From contig OZ252242.1 in NCBI GenBank assembly GCA_965249595.1, positions 197,433 to 261,432 on the forward strand: DNA of 64,000 nt, in the 5' to 3' direction. This document shows positions 48,869 to 58,692 of this stretch, one piece after another. The notes beneath the pieces are model-generated. The model was not told the DNA's origin, ran no database searches, and was given only the letters and a program-made list of their open reading frames with translations. The position numbers were made by a program, and so were the translations under genes. The DNA comes from Chloroflexota bacterium. Its GTDB lineage: Bacteria > Chloroflexota > UBA11872 > VXNJ01. How positions within the stretch are numbered: the stretch's first letter is position 1; each line of letters begins with the position of its first letter.

Positions 48869-50237
48869 CAACTACTTTGATCGGGAGCACCTCCGGCGGG
48901 TTGGTCTGCGCGTCCTGCGCCTCGTCCAAAGCAGCGCCAACTGGCGATTTTGGGTCGCCATCGGATTTGGAATCGCAGTCTGGATCGCGTTGACATTAGA
49001 GCAAAATCCGCGCGTTACCGCCTTTACGGTTACCAATATTCCGGTCGATTTGACCGATCTCCAACCGGGGTTGATAGCGGTTTCCGACCCGATCCCGGTC
49101 GCGGTTGTGCTACAGGGGCTGCGCGACGATCTCGAGCAGGTCACGATCCGCAATTTCCGCGCAACTCTGCCGCTTGACGATCTTGCAGCCGGCAGCCATT
49201 TCGTAGAGGTTGCTTTGGACGTATCCGCGGCTACCTCGGTGGAAGTGGTGCGGGTCGTCCCCGCCGAACTACCCGTGACTTTAGAGGCGCTGGTTACTCG
49301 AGCGATCCCAATTGAATTGATCAGCTCCGGTCAACCGCAATCGGGCTTCGCGATTGACGCCGGTGGGATTACGGTGACACCGGCGGAGGCTACCATGACG
49401 GGCCGTGAAAGTCTCCTCCAGACCGCCGACCGCGTGAAGATCGAATTGGATCTCGATGAATCTGCGCGTACTTCAGCTATACAGCTAACTGGGCGACCGG
49501 TTGACGCCGCCGGAAATGAAATCTTCGGGCTGAGCCTTGTTCCCAGGTTGTTTACGGTTTTGGTGCCGGTCAGCCCAATCAGAGTCACGCGCAACGTCCC
49601 GGTCGCAGTTGAATTGTTCGGTAATCCGGCACCCGGATTTGCGGTGGGGTCGGTGGATGTGAATCCTCCAACGACGCGCATCAGTGGATTGCCGGAGGCG
49701 GTAGCCACGGTGGAGAGCGTGAGCACCGAAACGGTGGTCGTGCGCGGCCAGCGCCAACTTTCAACCGTAGAAGTAACACTGGTGGCGCCCGACGGCGTGA
49801 CCCTTGTTAATCCCGGCGTACGCCATAGTGTGACCGTCGATGTCGACACGATAGTGTCGACTGCGTCATTGGCGGACGTGATCGAGATCAATCTGCCCGA
49901 TGAATTCCTCGTCTCCATCTCCCCGCCGATTGCCTCCATCGTGGTAGAAGGAACAAGCCAAGCCGTTTTGGGATTGACGCCGCAACAGCTTGAAACCTCG
50001 GTAGATATCGCGGACCAGCCGATCATCGGCGTGCACATCCTCACGCCGAGGGTTGTTGCTCCAGCCAGCGTGAGGGTCATATCGATAGATCCGGTGGTTG
50101 TAACAGTCACCGTTACCAACGCCCCAGCGGCGCCGACGCCAGTCCCGACGGCCGAAGCGCCGGAAACATCCGAAGATCCAAACGCCGCAGCATCAGGTCC
50201 GCAACCGGACACCGGGGAACCTGCAGCGGCGCAATAA
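48864..50237 (+). CDS. cdaR: CdaR/YbbR-repeat regulator of the diadenylate cyclase (start probably non-canonical)
   Basis: YbbR-like repeats (G.P..GFA....V.P....I.G); TM anchor lies in frame upstream of the called TTG at 48990; follows dacA. Confidence 0.85.
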   Translation: MSNYFDREHLRRVGLRVLRLVQSSANWRFWVAIGFGIAVWIALTLEQNPRVTAFTVTNIPVDLTDLQPGLIAVSDPIPVAVVLQGLRDDLEQVTIRNFRATLPLDDLAAGSHFVEVALDVSAATSVEVVRVVPAELPVTLEALVTRAIPIELISSGQPQSGFAIDAGGITVTPAEATMTGRESLLQTADRVKIELDLDESARTSAIQLTGRPVDAAGNEIFGLSLVPRLFTVLVPVSPIRVTRNVPVAVELFGNPAPGFAVGSVDVNPPTTRISGLPEAVATVESVSTETVVVRGQRQLSTVEVTLVAPDGVTLVNPGVRHSVTVDVDTIVSTASLADVIEINLPDEFLVSISPPIASIVVEGTSQAVLGLTPQQLETSVDIADQPIIGVHILTPRVVAPASVRVISIDPVVVTVTVTNAPAAPTPVPTAEAPETSEDPNAAASGPQPDTGEPAAAQ

Positions 50238-50310
50238 AAAAGAACCAACGGGCGACCCGCATCCTGAGTGACGACCACTTGTGCGGGGGCTGGCAAGGCT
50301 ATTCTGACCC

Positions 50311-51636
50311 ATGACCCGATCGCAACCCAATCCCGATCTCGGCATGCGTGGCATGTTCGATGACCCGACCGAAGTAGACCGCTCCGCGCCACTGGCCGCG
50401 CGGATGCGGCCACGTGTCCTCGACGAGATCATCGGGCAGGTCCATCTCGTCGGCCGCGACGGCCCACTGCGGCGCGCCCTTGAAGTCGACTCGCTTCCAT
50501 CGTGCATCCTCTGGGGACCACCGGGCAGCGGCAAGACCTCAATTGCGCAGGTCATCGCGCGCCTTGTCGACGCCCGCTACGTAACCCTTTCGGCCGTCTC
50601 CAGCGGAGTTGCCGACCTGCGCAAGACCATCGCCGGCGCCGAGATCGGGCGTCGCGAATTACGGTCCCGCACGCTGCTCTTCATTGACGAGATCCATCGT
50701 TTCAACAAGGCCCAGCAGGACGCCGTTCTACCCGCCGTCGAGGACGGCACGATCATCCTGATCGGCGCAACAACCGAGAACCCCTCCTTCGAAGTTATCG
50801 CCCCGCTGCTCAGTCGCGCCCGCGTCTTCAGGCTCGAACCGCTCGGCCAGGACGACATCGCGGTGCTGTTGCGCAGGGCGATCGCCGACGAACAGCGCGG
50901 GCTGGGACCGGATCAGCCCTGCATCGCGGATGCCGCCATAAACGCGCTGGCGACCTTCGGCGCCGGCGATGCGCGGGTCGCCCTCAACGCACTCGAAACC
51001 GCGGCCAGCTACGCTCGGGCCCGGGGACAAGCGCTTGATGTCGAGACCGTCACCACGGTCGTCCAGCGGGCCCTGCCCTATGACAAGGGCGGCGACGCCC
51101 ACTTCGACACCATCTCGGCCTTCATCAAGTCGGTGCGGGGCTCGGATCCGCAGGCCGCGGTCTACTGGCTCGCCAGAATGATCGAGGCGGGCGAGGACCC
51201 GATGTTTATTGCTCGCCGGATCGTCATTCTTGCGGCCGAGGATGTCGGACTCGCCGATCCCCAGGCGCTACCGATCGCCGTCGCCGCGCAACAGGCGACC
51301 CACCTGATCGGAATGCCCGAGTGCTCGCTCGTGCTTTCCGAAGCCGCTATCTATCTGGCGCGCGCGCCCAAGAGCAACTCGTCGATGAAGGCCTACGCTG
51401 CTGCTGCCCGGGCGGTACGCGATCTGGGCGCGCTGCCGGTGCCACTGCACCTGCGAAACGCCGCAACCGGGCTGATGGCCGCCCATGGCTACGGGAAGGG
51501 CTACCGGTACGCCCACGACTACGCGGCGGCGATCGCCCCCGACCAGCAGCATCTGCCTGATGATCTGCATGATGCCGCGTTCTACGAGCCGACCGATCGC
51601 GACGCCAATCCCGAAACCAAGGACATGGACCGGTAA
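50311..51636 (+). CDS. rarA: Replication-associated recombination protein A (MgsA/RarA)
   Basis: PLAARMRP, WGPPGSGKT, DEIHRFNKAQQD, SAFIKSVRGSD and VP.HLRNA. Confidence 0.97.
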   Translation: MTRSQPNPDLGMRGMFDDPTEVDRSAPLAARMRPRVLDEIIGQVHLVGRDGPLRRALEVDSLPSCILWGPPGSGKTSIAQVIARLVDARYVTLSAVSSGVADLRKTIAGAEIGRRELRSRTLLFIDEIHRFNKAQQDAVLPAVEDGTIILIGATTENPSFEVIAPLLSRARVFRLEPLGQDDIAVLLRRAIADEQRGLGPDQPCIADAAINALATFGAGDARVALNALETAASYARARGQALDVETVTTVVQRALPYDKGGDAHFDTISAFIKSVRGSDPQAAVYWLARMIEAGEDPMFIARRIVILAAEDVGLADPQALPIAVAAQQATHLIGMPECSLVLSEAAIYLARAPKSNSSMKAYAAAARAVRDLGALPVPLHLRNAATGLMAAHGYGKGYRYAHDYAAAIAPDQQHLPDDLHDAAFYEPTDRDANPETKDMDR

Positions 51637-51662
51637 ACCTGCGGCGATCGCTCGAATCCGAT

Positions 51663-51730
51663 TCTGTCGGCACCATGCGCCGGCAGAAGTTGGAGCGCTG
51701 GACGGTTTGCGGGCAGATTGTCTGCCCGGG
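51663..51730. terminator. Two stem-loops between convergent rarA and the GT4 gene
   Basis: TTCTGTCGGC/GCCGGCAGAA and CGGGCAGA/TCTGCCCG stems. Confidence 0.4.
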
Positions 51731-51886
51731 CACCCGGTCCAAGGTCCTGAGGGCTATTGCGGCTCTTGGCGGTTGATGGGGACGATTCCGGCAGCGCCTG
51801 CATCGACGCCCTGTCGCGTTGCAGTCAATTCAAAGTCCGCCGGTTAATTCCTGCTGGCCTGCAAAAGGTCGCCGTTGGACACATCC

Positions 51887-53110
51887 CTAACTGGCAATGA
51901 CCCGTTGGTATACACGCTCAAGGCTGCGAGCGGCGCTGTCGGGCGACAAATCCCCACTGATGCGCATCCGGCTGTAGTGATCGACATCGCGCCGCCGCGG
52001 CTGTTCGATCAGCTCGCCGATTGCTCCCGCCAACTGCCGGGGACCGGCCGATGGCGGGAGCAGGCGCCCGTTGCGGCCGGGCATAACGTAAGTCGGCGCC
52101 TCGCCAACGTTATGGGCCACAACCGGCAGCCCGACCACCAACAGATCGACGAATCGAATCGGGCAGGCCGCCGCATTGACCGGAGTGTCCAGCGCCGGCA
52201 GGCAGGCGACGTCACAACTGGCCAGGATTGCCGGAAGCAAATCCCGCTCAACCCAGCCTAGGTGCAGGACATCATCGGTGACGCCGGACCGATTAAGTAC
52301 GCCGCGCAGGCGATCGGATTCAGATTGACCGCCATCTCCCAAGACCACGATTCGGGTTCCCGGCAAGGTGGTCCGTATCGCTTCGATCAGTGCTGCATAG
52401 GAATCGACCGGGTACTCCGCAAATCGGGTGTAGAAAAGAACAACTTTTTGGTCCAGGTCTAAGCCCAGCGCCTTGCGGCCGCTCGTGCGCAGATCCTCGC
52501 GCGCCCAATCGTGATAGCGTTCCTGATCGTAAAAATTGGCGACTTTGGTTTGCAGTTGGGTTCGGCCGAGCCGCTCTAACAGGCGGTTACTGGCAGCGGT
52601 CACCGCGTCGTTGGTTCGCAGGTAGACCTGCTCCTGCAATCTGCCCCAAGCGCGCCGCAGCGAGGACGGGAATTTTAGAGGTGACCATGCCTCCGGGCCC
52701 TCCCAGGCGTCAGTGTCCAATATCACCGCCGGGGCTGCCCGAATTGCCCAGAGCAGGGCCAGCGCCAGGCCGGTGGCACCGGTGGGTTTGAAGATGTGGA
52801 TCGCATCGTAATCACCCGTCGCCAAGCGCCAGAATCCGCCCAGCGCCAGACCCACCTGATACAGCGGTCGTCGGAAGGGCGATGTCGGACCCCGACCGGT
52901 TCCTGGCAGCGCGACGAAGTTCAATGTCTGATTCGCCGCCGATCCGGTCAATCGATCGTTCGTTAGTGGGTCGGCCGGGCCGGGCAGAAACACGTCGACC
53001 TGATGTCCACTGGCAGCCAGGGCCCGGGCCATCGGTAATACGCGGCCCGAGGTGGTACCGCCCGGGCCGACCGGGGTGGGGGCCAAGATTCCTATGCGCA
53101 AATTAGGCAT
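51887..53110 (-). CDS. GT4-like glycosyltransferase
   Basis: GT-B pattern: ARALA..GHQV, LGWV, DVACLP and GLPVVA..VGE. Confidence 0.8.
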   Translation of the reverse strand: MPNLRIGILAPTPVGPGGTTSGRVLPMARALAASGHQVDVFLPGPADPLTNDRLTGSAANQTLNFVALPGTGRGPTSPFRRPLYQVGLALGGFWRLATGDYDAIHIFKPTGATGLALALLWAIRAAPAVILDTDAWEGPEAWSPLKFPSSLRRAWGRLQEQVYLRTNDAVTAASNRLLERLGRTQLQTKVANFYDQERYHDWAREDLRTSGRKALGLDLDQKVVLFYTRFAEYPVDSYAALIEAIRTTLPGTRIVVLGDGGQSESDRLRGVLNRSGVTDDVLHLGWVERDLLPAILASCDVACLPALDTPVNAAACPIRFVDLLVVGLPVVAHNVGEAPTYVMPGRNGRLLPPSAGPRQLAGAIGELIEQPRRRDVDHYSRMRISGDLSPDSAARSLERVYQRVIAS

Positions 53111-55877
53111 GACGTCGACGCGAACGCCAAAGGCCGGCGGCGAACAGCAATACCGTTAACACCCCGGCGACGCCGGCGACGATAGTGCCAGCCATCAGGC
53201 GCGGTTCCTCATATTCGAACCGGACCAGAGAGGCGTCCACCGGCACTTCGACGGATAGGAACATCTCGTCGGCCGGATTAACTTCCACTGCTTCCTCCCC
53301 AATAAATGCCTGCCAACCCCCGTAATAAGTCTGACGCAGGACGAGATTACCGCCGCCATCTTCCACAGCGATGACCACCCTCTCCGCCGCGGCGCTTATC
53401 ACCGTAGCGCCGTTGATGACCGGGAAGCCGCCGCGCATCAATACCGCCGGCGGTTCAGGGAGCAATTGCCGGTAGATTCTCAATGAGCCAATCTCATCGA
53501 CTTGGAATGTCGGGCCGCTGACGATTCCTGCCTTGTCGGCGGTCAGACCGGCCAGCGGTAGCGAACGGATCGAATCGCCGTCGATTAAGGCCAGACCCAG
53601 TATTTCAAGCGGCGCTTCCGCCGACACTGCCAGCGAGGAAATCACATTCGGCGTGGGCAGGGTTATGAATTCGACCACCGAATCAAGAATTACCGGCGCG
53701 CTGTCGGGCGATGCCAGCGGCCCCACCTCGGTGGCCGCCTTATTTGTGCGAATTGGCGTCCCCAGACCATCTAGGAAGCCGGCGTCAACTACGGTATCGG
53801 ACTCGCCCGCCACCACCACCGTGGCCAACGGTCCGCTCGCCGACGTTCGCACCGCCAACGCAAGTGAATCGATGGATGCCGGTGGATCGACCCGCAGATT
53901 CAGTCGCCCGCCGGCTGAAATTGCAACCGATGCATCGGAGTTGATCGCAACCGGCTGTCCGCTTGGGTCCTGGGTTCGGACGTCGGAGTAGTCGTCCGCA
54001 ATTACCACCGAAGTACCCAGCGCTGAGAGCAATTGTGGCGACGGGAATTGGCCACGAATGACAAACTCGTGCTGCAGCAGGGAATCCTCCTTGCCCGGTC
54101 TAGGTTCTAAAAAGCGGTCGCGGTAGGCGACGTAGGAACCCAGCGGCAGCAGTCCGCCATCGAATCCATCGGCGCTGGGGACGGAGAAGGCCGAAGACTG
54201 ATTGGGCGAAAGCGAATCCCGGTTCTTTATCACCGTGGCGTAGGCACCAAGCACGGTCGGGCCGTAGTGCTGAAATGGTTGGTAAATTTCTTGCTGGAAT
54301 CGTTGGGCGTCGACGGAATAGAAAACGTCAACTATTGAGAGCGTGCGCGGGGCGGACGGGCCACGCTCCAGTCGCTCGACAACCGGGCCCGGCTCGGTGT
54401 AGGCATCCGGCGGAATCGCCAGCTTGTTCATATCCAATGGCTGCTGGGCCAATAGCAACTCGGCAGCAACCAAGACGGGCAGACCAATTCGGGCCAGACC
54501 TTCCCCGCTGGCGCAGTTGCGGAGGGTGATGAAACCGGCGGCGGCGGCGGCAAGCCAGGCCACCAGGGTCAAATCCGAAACCGCACCGGTACCCCAGCTG
54601 GTAAATGCGAGAACGAATATCGCGGCGCCGATTAGGGCCAGGGCTCGCCCGGCCCCGGCGTACCAGGTCGCCCGCGAGATGTGAACGGCACGATCGGTGC
54701 CGATCGCGGCCAGCGCGCTTAGCGAGAAAGTCGTTAACAATAACCATCGGGCAGGGACCCTAAATTGATCAAATCCGGGCAATTCGTCTGAGAGTAACCC
54801 AAATAACGGGGTGGTCAATCCAAGTGCAATCCAGACTCCCAGCACACTTAAGCCCAGAAACAAGAACCCCTCAGACCGGCGCTGTTTGTCAAGCAATGCG
54901 AGGGCCGCCAGGAGGATCGTGATCACCCCGACATAAGAGACAAACTCCTCGCTGAACGGTCGCTCGACAAACGTCGGCAGCAGCGCCGACCCAATCAATT
55001 CCTTGGGCAAGGCAAATGCGTTTTGATGCCAGATCGGCAAGCCTTCGGCGCGCAGCGAAAGCGACCGCAAAGTCAATCCCGGCAGCAATTGGGCGGCGCT
55101 CAATCCCAGACCCAAGGCCGCTGCGACCACAAATGCCCCCAATGCCCGGGCCAAGCCGGGTAAGGCCTCCGCGCCGGAGACGATTGATATTCGAAAGATT
55201 CGGGCCGTTAGATAGAGGCCGGTCAGGGCCAGTGAAATGTACTGCGCCTGCGGGTGACCGGCCAGATATTGCAATGCGAACAGCACCGCCAATATCGCGG
55301 TCGTCGTCAGCTGCGGTCGCGCCAGCAGGCGGTCAACGCAGAGGAGGATCAACGGCAACCAGGCCAGCACTGCCAGTTGGTTTGGCAGTCCCATCCGGGC
55401 GGCCAGGTAACCGCCCAGAGCGAACGCCATCGCACCAACTAAGGCACCCAGCCACCCGGTTCGCAGGGCCCGACGGCAGAAGGCCATCATCCCTAGCCCG
55501 GCGATGTAGGTGTGCAGTACCAGGCCGGAGGTCAGAACCGCGATCGGCTCCGCCCACGACAGGGCCAGGTTGACTGGATAGAGGACAGCCGTTTGCGGGT
55601 TGGCCAAAAATGGAACCCCCAGCAAACGATACGGATCCCAGAGCGGCAAACGGCCGTCGGCCAAGGCGGCGTAGAGGTGGGTCAGGTTGGCCAGGGCGTA
55701 GTTTTGCAGGTCGCTGCCGCCAGGGGCCAACCCCTCAAATAGGAAGCGCCGAAAAAACAGCGCCAATACGACCGTAAAAGCGGCGATCGCCAGCACGCCG
55801 GGTCTGTCAGCGGCAGCGGCCGGCAGGTTACCCAGCACCGCGCGCACCCGGTCGCCCCGGCGCAAGTTGGCCATCAA
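53103..55877 (-). CDS. YfhO-family multi-TM protein (GT-C-like)
   Basis: LPLWDPY..LG.PFLANPQ...LYP, LAGHPQ, AAQLLP, FR.PARW and C-terminal Y..GW.A....YE.P. Confidence 0.85.
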   Translation of the reverse strand: MMANLRRGDRVRAVLGNLPAAAADRPGVLAIAAFTVVLALFFRRFLFEGLAPGGSDLQNYALANLTHLYAALADGRLPLWDPYRLLGVPFLANPQTAVLYPVNLALSWAEPIAVLTSGLVLHTYIAGLGMMAFCRRALRTGWLGALVGAMAFALGGYLAARMGLPNQLAVLAWLPLILLCVDRLLARPQLTTTAILAVLFALQYLAGHPQAQYISLALTGLYLTARIFRISIVSGAEALPGLARALGAFVVAAALGLGLSAAQLLPGLTLRSLSLRAEGLPIWHQNAFALPKELIGSALLPTFVERPFSEEFVSYVGVITILLAALALLDKQRRSEGFLFLGLSVLGVWIALGLTTPLFGLLSDELPGFDQFRVPARWLLLTTFSLSALAAIGTDRAVHISRATWYAGAGRALALIGAAIFVLAFTSWGTGAVSDLTLVAWLAAAAAGFITLRNCASGEGLARIGLPVLVAAELLLAQQPLDMNKLAIPPDAYTEPGPVVERLERGPSAPRTLSIVDVFYSVDAQRFQQEIYQPFQHYGPTVLGAYATVIKNRDSLSPNQSSAFSVPSADGFDGGLLPLGSYVAYRDRFLEPRPGKEDSLLQHEFVIRGQFPSPQLLSALGTSVVIADDYSDVRTQDPSGQPVAINSDASVAISAGGRLNLRVDPPASIDSLALAVRTSASGPLATVVVAGESDTVVDAGFLDGLGTPIRTNKAATEVGPLASPDSAPVILDSVVEFITLPTPNVISSLAVSAEAPLEILGLALIDGDSIRSLPLAGLTADKAGIVSGPTFQVDEIGSLRIYRQLLPEPPAVLMRGGFPVINGATVISAAAERVVIAVEDGGGNLVLRQTYYGGWQAFIGEEAVEVNPADEMFLSVEVPVDASLVRFEYEEPRLMAGTIVAGVAGVLTVLLFAAGLWRSRRRHA

Positions 55878-55889
55878 ACTTTGCGTGGT

Positions 55890-56501
55890 CTAGAGGTTGT
55901 CAGCCAGCAGCAGGGCCTTGGCCACCTGCTTCATGGGAATCCGGCGATCCATACTCAGCCGCTGAATGCGCTGGAAGGCATCCTGTTCGGTTATCGAGTG
56001 TTTGTTCATCAACAGCCCCTTAGCGCGCTCAATCAACTTGCGCGTCTCAAGGCGCTCGTTTAGATCAGTGACCTCTTTAGCCAGGAGGCGAAATTCGCGA
56101 AAGCGTGACACCGCCACGCCAATTGCCGGCACCAAGTCGTTGTCACGAATCGGTTTGAGCACGTAGGCCATCACTCCGGCACCGACCGCCTGCTCGACCA
56201 ATTCGAAGTCGGAAAACGCCGTCACCAGTACCACCGGGGCCACCGATTCGCGCGTGAGTAGGTCGGCCGCCGCAATCCCGTCGAGGATCGGCATCTTGAT
56301 ATCCATCACCACGACATCGGGTTTGGTTTCGCGGGCGATGTTGACTGCAGTCTGGCCATCGGCCACATCGGCGATGATGCGATGGCCCATGTTCTCCAGC
56401 CGCTCGCGCAGATCGATCCGAATGATCGTCTCATCCTCGGCGAGCAATATTCGAAGCGCTGACGGTGACGGGCTTGGGCGGTCTTGGCTCATCTGATCCA
56501 T
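55890..56501 (-). CDS. Response regulator with ANTAR RNA-binding domain (PdtaR/NasT type)
   Basis: AEDE, MDIKMP..DG, LE.RKLIERAKG.LM and EQDAF..IQR.SMD.R. Confidence 0.95.
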   Translation of the reverse strand: MDQMSQDRPSPSPSALRILLAEDETIIRIDLRERLENMGHRIIADVADGQTAVNIARETKPDVVVMDIKMPILDGIAAADLLTRESVAPVVLVTAFSDFELVEQAVGAGVMAYVLKPIRDNDLVPAIGVAVSRFREFRLLAKEVTDLNERLETRKLIERAKGLLMNKHSITEQDAFQRIQRLSMDRRIPMKQVAKALLLADNL

Positions 56502-56531
56502 CTGGCGCCAAATTAGTGCGAAGTCATTCTA

Positions 56532-56565
56532 TTGACGCACGCCGCCTTCTGGCGGCGTGCGTCAA
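56532..56565. promoter_or_regulatory. Perfect 15-bp inverted repeat between the divergent ANTAR regulator and dnaN
   Basis: TTGACGCACGCCGCC-TTCT-GGCGGCGTGCGTCAA. Confidence 0.55.
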
Positions 56566-56625
56566 GCGCCGCCATTCGCGACAGATAATAATTGCAGCCA
56601 CAAGATATTTGCCCTGGAGGCTCGT

Positions 56626-57762
56626 TTGAAAATCAGCTGTCCGCGAGATTTGTTAGCCGACGCCCTAAGTACGATCTCGCGTGCCGTTGCCACTCGTGGG
56701 GCGTTGCCGGTTCTGGCCAATATCCTGCTGCGCGCTGAAGATGGTCAGTTGTCGTTAGCAGCCACCAATACCGAGGTGGCAATGACCCAGACGCTGCCCT
56801 GCCAAGTTGATTCGCCCGGCTCCATCACGGTGCCGGCACGGTTGTTGGTCGAATACGTCGCGACGTTGCCAGCCGGGGCGGCCGAAATTGAAACCGACGT
56901 CGAACGGCTGGAGCTAAAAATCAGCGCCAACCGCTCGGGATCAACATTCAAAGGCATTGATGCGGCCGACTTTCCGCCCTTGCCCGAAGTGGGAGACGAC
57001 GCGATCCTGACTGTCGATCCGGCCTTTCTCAAGCGAATGATCGACATGACCGTCGGCTGCTGCGGCGACTCCTCGCGGCCGGTGCTAGCCGGCGTGTGCA
57101 TAAGTATTCGACCGGACGAATTGGTCCTGGCGGCGGCCGACGGTTACCGCTTGGCGGTCAACCGCCTGGCCTGTGATACCGGCGTCGATGAGGTGATCGA
57201 TGTGGTCGTACCGCAAGGGTCGATGCAGGAACTCTCCCGCGTCTTGGGAAATACCCGCGGCGATGTCGACATCGCGATCGCCGGCGAACGTTCGCATATC
57301 CAGTTCGACACCGGCCGGGTGCGGCTAATATCCAACCTGATCGAAGAGCAATACCCCAATTTCGAGTCGCTAATCCCCAAAGAGCACGCAACCCGGATAG
57401 TTGTCAACCGACAAGAACTTGAAGACGCCGCCAAACGGGCGGCGATATTCGCCCGCAGCGGCTCGCGGATCATTCAATTGGAAACCGAAGAACCGGAGAC
57501 CTTGGTGGTGTCAGCTAACAGCGCCGAGGTCGGAAATCACGTGGAACGGCTGGCCGCTTCAATTGAGGGCGACGACGCCCTGGTGGCATTCAACACGCGA
57601 TTTATGACCGACGTTGTTTCGCTAATTGGCAGCGCCGAAGCGGTCGAGATAAAACTATCCGGATCAACCAATCCCGGCCTTTTTGCCGACCAAGCCGACG
57701 ATAACGAGACTGACAAGAAGCGCTATTCGCAAGTGATCATGCCAATGCACGTGGCGCGCTAA
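56626..57762 (+). CDS. dnaN: DNA polymerase III beta sliding clamp
   Basis: LPVL.NILL, SRPVL.G, A.DGYRL, YPN...IP and C-terminal IMPM; TTG start after GGAGG. Confidence 0.96.
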   Translation: MKISCPRDLLADALSTISRAVATRGALPVLANILLRAEDGQLSLAATNTEVAMTQTLPCQVDSPGSITVPARLLVEYVATLPAGAAEIETDVERLELKISANRSGSTFKGIDAADFPPLPEVGDDAILTVDPAFLKRMIDMTVGCCGDSSRPVLAGVCISIRPDELVLAAADGYRLAVNRLACDTGVDEVIDVVVPQGSMQELSRVLGNTRGDVDIAIAGERSHIQFDTGRVRLISNLIEEQYPNFESLIPKEHATRIVVNRQELEDAAKRAAIFARSGSRIIQLETEEPETLVVSANSAEVGNHVERLAASIEGDDALVAFNTRFMTDVVSLIGSAEAVEIKLSGSTNPGLFADQADDNETDKKRYSQVIMPMHVAR

Positions 57763-57816
57763 CAATCGTTTATTCGGTTGTGCGCCGCAAATGCAAGGGG
57801 CACATCAAGCGCTCAA

Positions 57817-58692
57817 TTAAGCCGCCAGGTCGCGCCGCTGGAAGAACCAAACCGCGGCCAGCGGGCCAACGATTGCGAACACGCCAAAAATGATGAACGG
57901 CGACCAGAACCAATCGAAGGATTCAAGGATCCGGCCAGGGTCGTAGTAATGGAACAGCGTATACGGTGCGATCCATTCCCAATCGGCCGAGATCTTTGAC
58001 ACGACATCCATTACGTATTGGGCAATCACGATCACCGCCAGGATCATCTGCGACCGCTGTGACGAAAGCGTGACCACCGAAAGCAGGATTCCGACACCGG
58101 CAAAAGCCGATCCAAACAGGCCCATGATTGCGCCCAGGTACAGGAAACGATTGACCGGCACCTCCAGGCCCTGGAGCAGCCCGCCAGCGGCCGCGAATCC
58201 GCCACAGACCAGGCCGATGATCAACAGCGGTACCAGCAACCCCAGGAATTTTGAAATTACGTAAACCCAGCGCGGCACCGGATTGGCCAGCACCATGTCC
58301 ATCGTCCCGTTCTCAACCTCGCTGGCAACTTGTGATCCGGAGGCCACAAGAGCATAAATCACCAGGGCGATCCCAAACCAGGGGAAAAACTCAAACGACA
58401 TGAACCCGGCATAGGTGATCTCGGTCGTACCGAGGATGTTGCTGCTCATTCCGAAGGCGGCCAGCATCTCAGGCGGGAATTCATTGAGGTACGAGGCGAG
58501 ATCGATCCGCTCGACGATGGACGAATAGATCATGCCGATTGCGATCGCCAACAATCCGCCGGCCAGCGAATACCAAATCATGGCCGTGCGGCGGGTGCGC
58601 ATCGATGAAATAAGGATCCCGCGGGCGGCAGCCCAACCGGCCCCGTTCATCGCCGGCAGGACTGCCCCGGCGGGGATCGGTTTGGTGCTCAT
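57817..58692 (-). CDS. ABC-2 type transporter permease
   Basis: E.ENGTMD..LA.PV.R, PY.LF.YY and F.RRDL. Confidence 0.88.
   Translation of the reverse strand: MSTKPIPAGAVLPAMNGAGWAAARGILISSMRTRRTAMIWYSLAGGLLAIAIGMIYSSIVERIDLASYLNEFPPEMLAAFGMSSNILGTTEITYAGFMSFEFFPWFGIALVIYALVASGSQVASEVENGTMDMVLANPVPRWVYVISKFLGLLVPLLIIGLVCGGFAAAGGLLQGLEVPVNRFLYLGAIMGLFGSAFAGVGILLSVVTLSSQRSQMILAVIVIAQYVMDVVSKISADWEWIAPYTLFHYYDPGRILESFDWFWSPFIIFGVFAIVGPLAAVWFFQRRDLAA

Noticed and set aside
56502-57816. oriC near dnaN
   Set aside because: No dnaA, no TTATCCACA boxes and no AT-rich unwinding element seen
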